A stretch of DNA of 64,000 nucleotides from Dicyema japonicum (Eukaryota > Animalia > Dicyemida): positions 465,334-529,333 of the forward strand of contig RDEW01000032.1 in assembly GCA_011109175.1 (NCBI GenBank). The letters run 5' to 3'. Below, piece by piece: positions 51,150 to 63,560 of this stretch (position 1 is its first letter; the number at the start of each line of letters is the position of its first letter). The notes under the pieces are model-generated. The model worked only from the letters and a program-made list of their open reading frames with translations. It did not search any database and was not told the origin of the DNA. The position numbers were made by a program, and so were the translations under genes.

Positions 51150-51760
51150 GAATCAGTACCGACGTGCCTATCTGATTGCTGGGAGATCTGAAAAGGAGGT
51201 GAATGAAATGATGTTGGTTTTGTTGAGGATTTCTCTTACTTTCTTCTGTTCCTAAATTTCCTATGTGAAGGGTTCCTACAAATGTAAAGACTTTTTCTTC
51301 TCTCTTCATGTTCCAGAATATACTTTTGTGACACATGAAAGACTCTGATTTTGCGACAATGGGAACTGACTACATTTAATTGGTTAACTATTTTCTTCTC
51401 TGCTTCCAGGGTTAACAATTGCATCATCGTCTCCGGGCTACAAACTTAGTTCTCACTAACAAACAACTAGATCCACAGTGAGGCTTACATCATCTATACA
51501 GCATTGCAAGCGTTGAAAATTCTTTCCCACACATCTGATTTTCACATCAGCAAAAAGAACAGCAATGAACCACCTGTAAAAATATTCTTTACCAGTAAGC
51601 GTGACCACGTGGCTACTTAGGTGTCGTTTTTTTGAAAACTCAACACCACAGTCCATAAATGGCATTTAAAGGCTCTTCCTGTATGAAATTGAAGCACGTG
51701 TCTCCATAGCCCATGTTTACTGATAAATTATATATTACATTATTCCAGGAATAAATAAAT
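51150..51760 (-). pseudogene. Multi-C2H2 zinc-finger gene, TFIIIA-like, disrupted
   Basis: KHGLWRHVLQFHTGRAFKC.FMDCGVEFSKKRHLSSHVVTLTG..CENQMCGKEFSTLAMLYR..KPHCG..KFVARR..MQL..RKSLYICRNP; the F-V-A finger recalls TFIIIA finger 6. Confidence 0.55.
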
Positions 51761-51799
51761 CAAGCATACAGAATCATGACAAGTTTAATTAACTAAATA

Positions 51800-51990
51800 A
51801 AAGACCATTTGTTTGTCCCTTTCGATGTGGAGATGTCAAGTATCCCTGTTCATAAGCGGACGACCTGGTTCGTCGAATCAGTTCAATGTTCCAAAAGATC
51901 ATCAATGGGATACAAGATACCTCGAGAGCGCATCTCGATAGCATTCGTCAGAGGAAACAGACCGGATATTATCTTAATAAATTCTCGAAT
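51800..51990 (+). mobile_element. CRE-clade 3' relic
   Basis: FVPFDVEMSS..RERISIAFVRGN. Confidence 0.6.
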
Positions 51991-52139
51991 ATTTAAAAAA
52001 TGGAATTTAATTCCAGAAATTTATGTCAAAATGATTCATATTTAATAGTGAAATATCTCGAAACGAGACACAACAATATATTTTTTACTACAAAAGTGAA
52101 AAAAACTTATTTTTATTTTTAACAGATAAATATTATTAT

Positions 52140-52396
52140 TAATAATAAATAAATAAAATAAATAAATTAAAATTATTCCAAAGACCAAGGGTAACCAAAC
52201 TAACTAAATCCTTAATTCTGACTCGTTCCAGCCTTCCAGAACTTGTCTCTGGAAATGATATTCTTGACTCGGGGAAGGGAATAGTTGGATCCACTTGATG
52301 CCGGCCAGGCATTAGGAGTCTCTCAGTAGGCGGATCCAATGCGTCATCGGAGGGAAGGAAAATAGCCACACAGCACCACATAGAGCCATGCGGCCA
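52140..52396 (-). mobile_element. RTE-type 3' fragment (copy of 9700-9945)
   Basis: Direct homology, including the TTAGTTAGTTTGGTTACCCTT terminal loop. Confidence 0.6.
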
Positions 52397-52439
52397 TTAA
52401 ATAAATAATGCACCTTTCTTATGTCATAGTCGTGGCAAA

Positions 52440-53400
52440 ACATGTGAAATCCTAGAAACTAACATGGGTTCCGAGCAAACCATTCAACTTCCACACACTT
52501 TACGACCCTCTCCAAATTTATTTCAAAAGAATCCGACACGCCGAAGGCATATTAAGCAATGTTCGTGTTTTTTCTGTACATTAACAAATCATTTGATTCA
52601 CTCTCAAAAAAGTCTATTACGAAAAAGATATTTGAAACGAATATCCACCTTAAACTGAAAAGCACCCTATCTCAACAGTGTTCAATTTTTATATTCACGA
52701 CATACCACAACCTAAGACAAAAAGTGTCTCCTCCTTTCATTTGGACAACATAGTCGTTGCTGCAAGGGACAAGGACTACGAAGTCATCGCTCAAATGGTT
52801 CGGCGAATGCTCAATTCCTTAACCCAATAGTCGGAAGGACTACGTTTATTGGTGTCTCCTACAAAATCACTGTGATCATATTTACATCTCGCAGACTCAT
52901 TTTACTCGATTATACAACATTATGCTAAACATGCTGAGAATCTGGTGATAGCAGCATTAACGATAATGTAAATCGTGAAGATTATCTCTAAACCCATCGG
53001 AGGAAACGCTGGACCCCTTTCCGTTGTCAATCGGCTATTTGTACAACCGGCATTGACTCTCGCAAGTGAATCCTGGTCAATTGCCATATCCAGTTCCTCT
53101 CTACTGAAACTGTCTGCAATTCAAGAACTGCCAAAAGAGTAATTGGCGAAACTTTCTGTCCGCCTTTTTGGAAGCAGTTCTGATTGGACGACAACAGAAA
53201 ATAATGAGGGCAGCTACTATGTCTAACAGCCCCCACATTATGAAGCCATGAACAAATACCTTAAAAACCATGCTAGATACGAGATAACTAAATGTCCTTT
53301 CTGGAGAGTTATCCAGGATTATTGTCCACGTCGGATAGGACTTCCACTGTATTTTCCTGGGTAATAGTAAATAGAATAAGATAAACTAACACCAACGTCA
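52440..53400 (+). mobile_element. Ingi-type RT relic
   Basis: LFNFYIHDIPQPK..DNIVVAARD..LLVSPTKS. Confidence 0.6.
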
Positions 53401-55269
53401 TTTTCTTCCACTTGTTTTGGTAAGCTCCTGTATTCCACTTAAGTTCTCTCGTTCTCTGAGACGCCTCCATATTTGAGTACATAATAAGCTGGATGTTTTT
53501 ATATTTGATAGAGTGATGGAAACGATCACCCTGTCGATGTTGGGATCACTTTGCAACAGACGAAGTAAAAAATTACTTAAATACGACCTCCTGTAAAAAA
53601 GAAGTGAATGGAGTATCCACTATGAAAATTTGTGACTGTATTTGTGAGCAGGTTCTGAAAAACCATCAAAATACGCTTACGGTGGATGATCTTACATGAA
53701 CATATATCTAGAGAATAGTTCTCAAAAGGACTCTTAATAGTATCCGAGCATAACATTAATATAGGAATATGCGATGACCGGATGGTACCCCTTCGAGAAT
53801 TTAAGTGAAAAAATTGAGAAATGAAAACAGTCTATGACGATCGAAACTACTTGCTACCAAGAAGCTGCAATTTTGTTTGAGTCAGGTTTAGTTTTCCCTA
53901 CCTCATTCGACTAGGGAATGGGGTGGTTCTTCTTTTAAGAGGATACGAACTCTATTAATTTATATTCTCATAATAAGAATTTTCTAGAATTTAAATAATA
54001 ATTACCAGTTATGAATCCTAACCGCATGATTTTCCCTTTACAATAGCGAGCGAAACTCGTTCGAATAGCCAGCGGCGTTCACGAAGATCATCCGAACGGC
54101 TGAAATTAGACCCGCCAATTCGATTCAAAAATTCCACTATCGAGGGTCTTATGTTAACAGAAGTCCGACGGTGATGTCGCTCTATGTTAGTTTAAAACTC
54201 AGCTTTATTTAATCAACTAAAAAGATAATATCTAACAATCAGCAACCTTCTTCGTCTACCTATTTGCAAGCCCCCCTAGGCAGGTTCGATTCTGATTGCT
54301 GAAACAGCTCGAGCCCTCTGCCCATATGGCATCTCCGCCTTAACCTCCTATACTCCATTTTAATTATCTCTAGGGTTTGCTTTAAAACAGTGGACTGTAG
54401 GTAGGTCTAGAGTTTCCTATCTACCCCTAACTCTCTTAGATTACTTTTGTGGCAATTTGTTTCATTTCCTTTCCACGTCAATACTATTAGAATAACGAGG
54501 ACCTTGCAACCAAACATCTTCCACATTTCGAAAGCAAGTCATACTTCCTTTTTTCTTTACCTCCATAGTCTGCAAACAGTCTTGGGAACTTCTATGATAA
54601 GGACTTGGCTAGGCTCCTCATCGTGCACCACAATGTCCGATTTATTGTGCCTCATTTTTTTATTAAATTTTTTTTATAAAAGTAACAACTGATTCGAATA
54701 ATCGTTTAGGGTCTCGCACGTTGAAATATTACTTTGTATGTTCTACGTTATGTTGGTCCTCGTTTTTATGTTCCCAATTTAATTACAGGTCGCTGTCGTC
54801 GCAATTAGCTTCGAGTTCGATTCACACATTGTTATTTACCTGATCGAAAAAATTCCTTTCTGCTCTTTGCCAACTTCAATTGTTAGAGGCATCATAGAAT
54901 CCACTTGACCAATGAGACACCCAGTGGATTCGTCTCCTGCTACTCTATTGAAGGGGCTCCTGGATATTGGAAGAGATGCCTGAAAGGATTTCGACCTCGC
55001 TTGCCTTGTCTTCTAGGAATCACATAGTAAAAATGTCAAGAACATTTAAATTCCTTAGATTAATTAGCATGGCAGTTCCTACTTCTTAAAGTGTGGGTTC
55101 TTCAGCTGAGGAAATATTGGTTACTCCTCGACGACAATGTTGAATACTGTATATTCCTAAGAACAATTAATTTTAGTCCATTGGTCAGGGACTGTTTCTA
55201 TTACAATCACGTTCACGAGAGTTATAATACTTATTTCACCGACCAAGTCCAAGATTACCATTATGATAA

Positions 55270-55495
55270 TTCTTACGGCTAAGTGAGTCCGCTATGGTAG
55301 GGCATGTGATTAAAATGGAAGAGGGCTGACCTATTTTCCACCACACTTTAAATATGGAAGCCTGTAATGGACTATTGGTGGATGAATTTGATCAGCATAA
55401 GCAGACGTTCTCCCTTTGGTTTTTTCCATGGATTAATTAGTTATGAATGTTTGTGCTGATCTTAACAAATTTTGTAAGTCTTGGTTAATAGATTG
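55270..55495 (+). mobile_element. RTE 3' end (copy of the 16633-16810 family)
   Basis: VGHVIKMEEG; shares GGAAGCCTGTAATG..AAGCAGA..CCCTTTGGTT..TTAGTTATGA; ends TGGTTAATA. Confidence 0.6.
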
Positions 55496-56811
55496 TGCAG
55501 TGAAAGGCACAATGTCTGTCTCTTTCATGCTCTTGACCGTTAGCTAGATATCTGATAAGTATAGGTAATGTTCGGATTTAAATCTTTTCAGTGTTTTTAT
55601 GTCATTTCCTAATGCACCCGGCAAAATTACCCCTGACCTTCAACGAAAGTGACCAACTTGGAAAACATAATAGCCTTGCATGACTATACCTACTGGGGAG
55701 GACAAGTCAATTCTCAAGATATCTCCGAAAAGTCTCAATTTCCAGATTTAATTGTTTTCGACCGAATTCTCTTCCAACTACTCGCTCCTGAGGGTGGGAC
55801 CTTGTTAGCCTTTTTTATTTTCACGTGGAAGATCTCTCGTTTGGGGGCGTCAATTGTATCAAATCGTTTACCGTCTCACATTTTGTATTTTCTGGCTATT
55901 CCGACTACCCAAATGATGATATTACCTTAACGGAGAAAAATTAAGAAATATTAAGCCTTCAGAGATCGTTTTCTGTTTTCCTCCAACAACCTTCGAAACT
56001 TCTAGAACGAAATCATCGATGAAATTGGGGATGCAATGGCTGCGACACTTAGTATACACAGATTTGTTCTTTAAATATCATTTGACACTATTTTACGAAA
56101 ATAAAATTCGACCTCTTCTAACTTAAGGAGTTGCCCCTAAAGTAACTCAAGGACACACATCCAGTAGTCTACTTGCGTTCCCGCCTTCTTTCGGAGTTGT
56201 CTCCTCGAATGTTTACAGAACCTGTCAGGAACTTCCGCATTGATAACCCTTTTCCTCAACGGGTTTCTTGGTTCTTTGCAAGACACAGGAAACTCCGGTT
56301 CACTCTTCAGAAACGAGAGTAACAGTTGATGTTCTTCCGTTCGAGGAAAGAAGATACAGGATTTTCTGCTGGAGTGAGTTAATATACTCGATTCTCCAAA
56401 AGAAAAGGCAAACCCCCATGGAGAACAAACGTATTCCGGAGTGATTTTGTAATACTAGATAATATGGCACGTGATCATAGTACAAGCTCTTAAACCATTA
56501 CTAGTGAAAATCCTCTGCTCGCCTATCATCCTAAGCGAACAACTACACATGCATGGTCTCATGAAGTGTAATGCTACAAGGCACAATAAAACTATAAGCA
56601 ACAAAGAAATTAACGAATTCAATATTTAAATCCAAAAATTGAGTTCAAAAGAGACAGAAGTATCTTCACGACTAGTACCTGCCTTATCCACCAAATTAAC
56701 ATAACGATCGGGTGATTTATCAAAAGTTTGTTTTCATTTGAAGACAACTGAGAGGTTCTGAACCAATCCCTGCATTTTCTGTAATATGAGACCAGGTTTG
56801 AAGTAGATAAA

Positions 56812-58602
56812 TCACATCCTTGACGAGTGATCTTCCTTGAAGCAAACAGCCGTGATCAATGCAAAGATCAGAGCCAAAATAATTCCCAATGGTACCCATA
56901 AAACAACCTCAGTTTTGAAAAACACTTTATTTTGATACAGTTTATAGTGTATTATAGTGCTGGCTGAGCTTTTTCTGTAGCCATCATCGGCAACACAAGT
57001 GATCCTGTAGTGTAATCTGAGAGAGGCAAGTTTAGGAGAAATAAATATGACAATATTTGCATCCACATTGTTTCGTCCATTGGACGCCTTTACGACAATA
57101 TCAGTGTTATTATCCGATAAATTATTGTTGTTTATCAGCCAATAAATTTGTAGACCTGAGTGGAGAACTCTTGACAGAACACGTTAAATTAACGGTGGTT
57201 ATGTAGTGAAATATAATCTCCTCTGGAGCGGAGAGAGTTGCAATGAATGGGGGGAAAACCTTTAAATATTTGTAAAACTTCAAATCTTGAGCCTCATTCT
57301 GCAAACGACACATGATCGACATGGAGCCTGCACGCCAGTCGACAGAAAGGGAGTACATATCGTACTGTTTTACATAGGGATTATACAGGGGATCTGAAAA
57401 GTTACCAAAATAAAAACCATATTCCCTGGTATTAATGTACCAAGTGATATTGGGCTTCGGAAATCCAGATCTTTGACTGCACGAAACAAAAGCTGACTGC
57501 CCTTCGGAAATATTATATGAATACTGCTGATCTTTGAGAGTTATAGCATCTAAAGGGGAAATAAATGTGATAAGCTACCATATACTCGAATGGAATAAGT
57601 GAACTTATACTTGTCGAGGTCATAATTATAAATCGTGTCCGGAGAGCACCAGTAATCGTCCCCCACATCACTGTAACTCACATTGTTTATGTAAATCTTA
57701 GGACCGATTTTCGTACTATTTCCTCTCCCGAAGCGGTAGAAGGCAATTCTTAAAGAATAAAACCACAGAATACCTTCCAAGAAAGAAACAAGGCTCCAAC
57801 TCTACGTAAGATCCCTTTCGAATCCATATTTCCCTTCCGTAAGGAAATACTACACGTGGAGTCTCATTCTGGCGTTTTTCCAAAACTAGAGTTAAGAGAC
57901 GATGTACCTTCCTTCGAGATTTTGTAGTACATTGCACCAAATGGGGTGAGGTAGAAGAATAATCTATCATGGTAATCGTAATCGAAAAAGGAAAAGTACA
58001 AGTCTCCGTTAAAAGTCCCTCTAAGGTATCCCCCGTACGAATGGTAGACAGAGTATCTAAACATACCGGAATCCCAACTAAAGTTTGGAACTGGGTCGAA
58101 GATTGGATGAATTACAAGTACATTGTCGTCCGTTTCGTTAATAGTTACAACTAAAGTCACATCTAATGCATATGACATACGAATATGTCCAAAGGGAACA
58201 TAGTAGACTGTAATAACCGGCGATATCTGAGATCCACAGCGAGTCCAGACTACACAGGATATCCGAAAAGTGCGTTTGATAATGTCGGGGATATAAATGG
58301 TATGCAAGTCATTGGGATCCCTTTCGAAAAATTCCGTTTTTATGTATTTTTCGTTGTCTTCCAAAATCCAGTCAGGACTAAATTTATAAAAAATTATACT
58401 TTGTGTCTTTAGAGAATGTGAGGGGACAAGTAAGTCTGGTCTTGTTGTCCCCGTATAATCATTGTGGGCTTGTCGTACAAAAATACCGGTGGAATGCAAC
58501 CTGATAAATAATTTTGAGAAAAAAAACATTCATAGTTGCCTGAATTCTTACAGGAATCGGTCAAAAACATGAAAATTAGAAAGACGGAACAGCAGTCCTC
58601 AT
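56812..58602 (-). CDS. L1CAM/neuroglian-like multi-Ig (about 5 domains) type I membrane protein; several short frameshifts
   Basis: Signal peptide MRTAV(S)VFLIFMFLTDS; introns 58501-58551 (51 nt), 57749-57773 (25 nt) and 57550-57578 (29 nt) keep or restore frame; Ig motifs CVVWTRCGSQIS, NGDLYFS, DVGDDYWC, SCSQRSGFPKPNITWY, LTCSVKSSP, ITCVADDG; TM VVLWVPLGIILALIFALITAVCF. Confidence 0.8.
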
Positions 58603-59935
58603 TGTGTCCTAAAAAATCAGTCAACAAATGAGTGGCATTCTCATTATATGCTCATACTGCATATTGGGGGATCGCGTCAGCAATCGTGAGTAAAATTTGC
58701 ATCAACATATAAACCGCAGACATAACAAAAGCGCAAAACCCAAAAACAGATAAAAAGTCCAAAAAAAGCAAACAAACAATCCAAACCGCAAAAATTTACA
58801 CTTCCGCAAGAAATTCCGCTTAAATAATTCTCGTCTATGTAAAGGCCATCGTACGTTCGGTGGAATGCTGACTAACTGCCGTAATATCGACAAATTCTAA
58901 TATTTTTATTGAACTGCCAAGCCTACTAATTTTAAATCTCATTGGAAACCATTGGGAATTGATAGCTCTGCGTTTATTTGCTGCTGACTGTACAATATTA
59001 GATTACAATTTTTTATTTTACCATTTATACCAAATTGTCGCAAGAGAATCCCCAAGTCTGTACAAATCTTCACTAAATGAATGCTCCGGTAAAATGTATC
59101 TCAACGTGTGTGTTCAGAAAATCGATCAATTTGTTTGCATAGAAAATAAATTTCACGTGCATTTAATGACGAATTGTTAAAGTATATTTAAAGAATGACT
59201 CATTGGAAGGGTGGAGAAGTCAGATGTCAAATTCTTTTGATGTGGATTACTGGTCGAAAATATTACCGCCATGCTACAGTTCATCGGTTATGAAGCGAGT
59301 AGGCATTTCTGGTGATTTTCCGTGAACTTTGGGAACCGGATCCTAAATGAATCCGACGTTTTTTTCCGGAGCTTCTGATTTACAATGTTTCATGAGTCCG
59401 TCACCTAGTCCATTCTTAGGAGAAGGAAACAAGGGCTTTCCTCCATTATGAAAGAGTAGACATTTCATGCAATAGAGGACCATCTCGACCATAGCCTTTG
59501 ATCTATTAATCACTTCTATGTTCATTAAAGAGAGAAAATTCATTATTTCGCCCATTCGCTAACAAAAGGTCTCACGGAACAATTCTCTTCTCATGGGAAA
59601 GCTGTAGATACCTCACCTAGGACGCCACCTGTATAGATAGCCTTTCTCTCACTAACTTTACTATGACAGCAACTAACCCAGGCTCAGCCTCGGAAAAAGT
59701 TGAGACCCTAAAGATGAAAAATAAGAATTTCGGTTGACAATTTATTTTATAACCAGTTACCGTGGAAACGTCAGGATAACTGAAGCAGGTCACTGACACT
59801 GCTTAACACAATCGATCGCTAAGAGGAAAATGATAGAAGAGAAAGGATTTGGCTCATTGAGTGCATTTCTTTGCAAATCGTCAGGGACACGCGTTCTCAA
59901 TTCTAAGAGCAGCCAGTGATTGTAAATCAAGGCAT

Positions 59936-61612
59936 TATTAAAGCACTTTCACGAAAGCCATAATGATTATAGCCCCGCATGTGCAACACTCAAAGAAACA
60001 ATATTTATAGTTAGTCATTTCCATTTCCTCTGTCGAATGCGAGTGATCTCAATTCGTCCAGGTCGTCTCCCGTCTTTAATTTTTTCTCACACGATTTAAG
60101 TCTTTGTTTAGGGCTGTCGGAAGTGTCGATCTAGGTCGTCCGCGGAAGGGTTTTTCGCATCTGTCAAAGTAATCTTCCATCGCTTTGTTAGCGGGTGCGT
60201 CCGGGTTCATTCTTAGTACATGCCCAAATAGCCTCCACCGGGCATCTATCACATCCTTGCTGATGTAAGACACATACACTTGTTGTAGATACCAGTGGTT
60301 GATATTCTACGTGGCCACTCCATTCCGAGTAAGCTTCTTAGTTGCCTTCTATGGAACGAATCCAGTTTCAATAGTTCGTTGAAGGAACTTCCCCATGTCC
60401 CAGCGTTATACAGTAGGATCGGTTTCACAAACGCGTTGTAAAGCCTGCATCTGATGTCAATTCCAAGTCCTTTGGCCCTTAGCCATCCTTTCTTCAGTTT
60501 AGCCATTGCCGCATTTGCCAGTGTTTTCCTCCTTAGTACATCTTCAGCGTCTCCTAGTAGAGAGCCGAGCTTATTAGTACGTCTCCATCTTTCTGAGTAA
60601 TATCGTCTTCTCTTTTGATTTCCGTAATTTCAGTTTTGTTAACATTTACGCTGAGAAACCATTTCTCAAGCTCCGCAGGTGCATTTTCTAGCAGGTGTTG
60701 GAGTGCGGTCACATCCCGTGATACAAAATCCACATCATCCGCATAAGATGTCTCTTCTATGTCTCCTATATAGCATTTACGGAGGTCGCGGAGTGCAGAT
60801 TCAAGGTATATGGTGAATAGTAAAGGGGAGAGGGAATCACCCTGGGGTGTCCCAATCGTTGTTTTGAAACTGCGGGAAGTTGCTCCTTCTGTCCTCACAG
60901 ATAGTCTTGTGTTCGCAAGTAGTAGTCTGATTATCCTAACCGACGATTCATCCAATATTTGCTCAAGCACATTCATCAGTTTCTGTCTGTTTATTGAGTC
61001 GAAAGCTCTGGAGAGATCTATTCCCAACACGGTTGTTGCGCTCTTGAATCTTTGGTGCGTTGCGCAGCGCCATCTGTGGCTCCATACAATGTCTGCCGTA
61101 GACCTCCCTTCTCGGAACCCACTTTGACTTGCTGGTAGGTATAGATTCGCCATACCCTTTATCCGGCTTAGTGCAATGTTTGCCAGCACCTTGCGTATCG
61201 AATTCAGAAGTATTATCGGGCGGAGATTTTCTACTGGTCCTTTTGATTTGTTCGGTTTTTGTATAGGTATTAATAATCCATTTCCAAGTCCTAGATCGGT
61301 ATTAGTTTCAAAGACGGCATTTAGGGTTTTTGCAATTGTGTCGCTAAGTTTTTTTGGCCCATATTTTAGGAGCTCAGGGCTTATGTTGTCCGGCCCAGCA
61401 CTCTTGTTGTTCTTCAGTTTATTTATCGCTAATTCCACCTCTTCCACTGTGATTGGGATTTTTAGCGCCTTTGCTTTTTTTTGGAAAGGGGGAAAGTCAT
61501 TATTTTCTTTATTCAACAGTGTTTCGAAGTGTCGTGCAATCAATTCTGCTTTTTCTTTCGGGTTACCCACGAATTTTCCATCTTTGTCTTTGATGTGGAG
61601 GATGTTTTGTCC
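59936..61612 (-). mobile_element. Young 5'-truncated RTE-clade LINE with a 10-bp target-site duplication
   Basis: RT ORF 60554-61570 (GTPQGDSLSP, YADD) continues via frameshifts into 60249-60506 and 60076-60279 (RWRLFGHVLRM..RGRPR); TSD ATCAAGGCAT at 59926-59935 and 61613-61622. Confidence 0.93.
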
Positions 61613-63354
61613 ATCAAGGCATATAACATCAAAGATTCGGCAAATAAAATATTGATTATTTTAACATATTTGTAAATCATTTGCTATCAAATGTTATCGA
61701 TATGCTTGATGTCGACTTTACTTGTTCTGAAAAAAATAATTTCTGTCTGATTCACTTGAGGACCAATTCATGAAGTACCTAACCAGCAACAACAATATTT
61801 GATCAAAAAATTTACTTTAGTAGATAACAGAGGGCGTATGTTTAGTCCTGCTTGTGTCTTGGACATTTTGCCGGTCCCTCTTGTCCATTATGTTTTTACC
61901 TCATTGGTACATAGGGGTCCCAGATACCCAACCAGCGTTCCGTGCAATCCCTTTAAATCGGCATCGAGTCTATTTTCCGTCTGGAACGGAAAGAATAAGT
62001 GTTGGAATAAATAGATTGAAGTTTTTAAATTCTGTGTCCAACAGACAGGCAGTAAAAGATCTCAGAGGTTCTAACTATCAAACGCAAGGAAAGACAGTAT
62101 CCAAATGGGTCTGTAAGCAAGAATTCATCCGGAGGAAAGTTAACGTTGATGATTTATCTGTTCCTCGTGTTAATGGCAAAATCAAGTTTGGACAGAGTAG
62201 GAGTGGATTTTTCTAACATACTTAACATTTAAGTGCTTCTAACAATCGTTCCGTTCAAAGCACAATAAGTTGAGAGGGTCCGTAATCCTCTGTCGATCGT
62301 CGACGAAAAGAGAAGTGGCCCAGGGGACCTCTTATTGCACTCTGTGCAAATGTTTACTCCGAACTTCTAGAAAATCATAAATTTCTGACCCATAGCCAAA
62401 GTCACCATTTTTTCTATCCCTAGTGCTCTTCGAAGACAAATCTTTCTTCTTAGTGCGGAGAAAGCGTTAGACATTTCGATGTTCATCACGATTTCCCAAT
62501 CGGACGTCATTCCTTATGAGGAAGTGAAAAAACCTTCACTAATATTCATCGATCACGTTAGGATGTTATTCTTCCTGGATTCGATTCCCCTTACTTTGTC
62601 ATAGGTTTTTATTCCTTTTCCTACTCTTCACTCGTTATACAAAATTTTTGTCATGTGATACACATATCTTAGTATAAATAAACCGACATTACATGCTTCT
62701 ACGTCTTCAAAACGGACATCCTATGGAATTTTTTGATGCCTTAAGACGGATATCTTTTGAGTTTTTTGGTGACCAAAAGAGTTGGAATATCAGACAAGGG
62801 ATTCCGGTTAAAAATATAAAGTTGCCCATTTGATTACTGTCAAATGATAGATACATGAACACGTGAGTTACTTAAATTATTAAAATAGGAGTACCATAGA
62901 ATTCTCATATATGAGGATTTCAGCTTAAATTCAGGCATGTTTTTAATTCAACTATGGTCCACGTGAGGCATATATTTGAATAGAGTCAACTTTTTTCCAA
63001 ATTTTTGAAATATAGATTTTATAAGAATGTTCAAAACTACAAGTTAAATCAACAAAAACATTTAAAATCTGATAAAAAATATCAAGACAAGAGCGAGACC
63101 AAAGAGGTCGAAAACACAAGACACGAGTAAAATAATATTCCGGACGAAAGCCCGAAGCAGATATTCTATACAAAATATATCCAATAAAATATCTAATATT
63201 GAAATCACATAAACCTCCCTAAAATCTGTCCTATAAAGAAGGTGGTCTCCATAATAACGTCTCATAAGGACTTTGTTGAACCCAAATCTCTATTTTAAAT
63301 CCGGTTTTCGTCCTCTCATTTGGACGAATGTCACGTATATTTGAAGCATACATT

Positions 63355-63560
63355 TTAATTTAATTTATTAACCCCGGATACACCAAAAAAGAAGTTAAAA
63401 AAAACAACTAATTAAGTGCATCCAGTTTCCATTCTACAGAATCAGAGTCCATCCGGAATCAACATGAAAGGTAAAAGACGTCCATACTTGCAGCTGTGGA
63501 AATCCATCCAGTGGAGTGGGAGTAAAAGTGGCATACAACTTTCGGATCAAGTAAGGGCTG
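63355..63560 (-). mobile_element. RTE-type 3' end (copy of 2200-2357)
   Basis: CTGGATGCAC..TAATTAGTTG..GTGTATCCGG then GGTTAATAAATT on the minus strand. Confidence 0.6.

Noticed and set aside
54270-54300. tRNA or SINE B-box GGTTCGATTC (also at ~975)
   Set aside because: No cloverleaf, A-box or acceptor stem.
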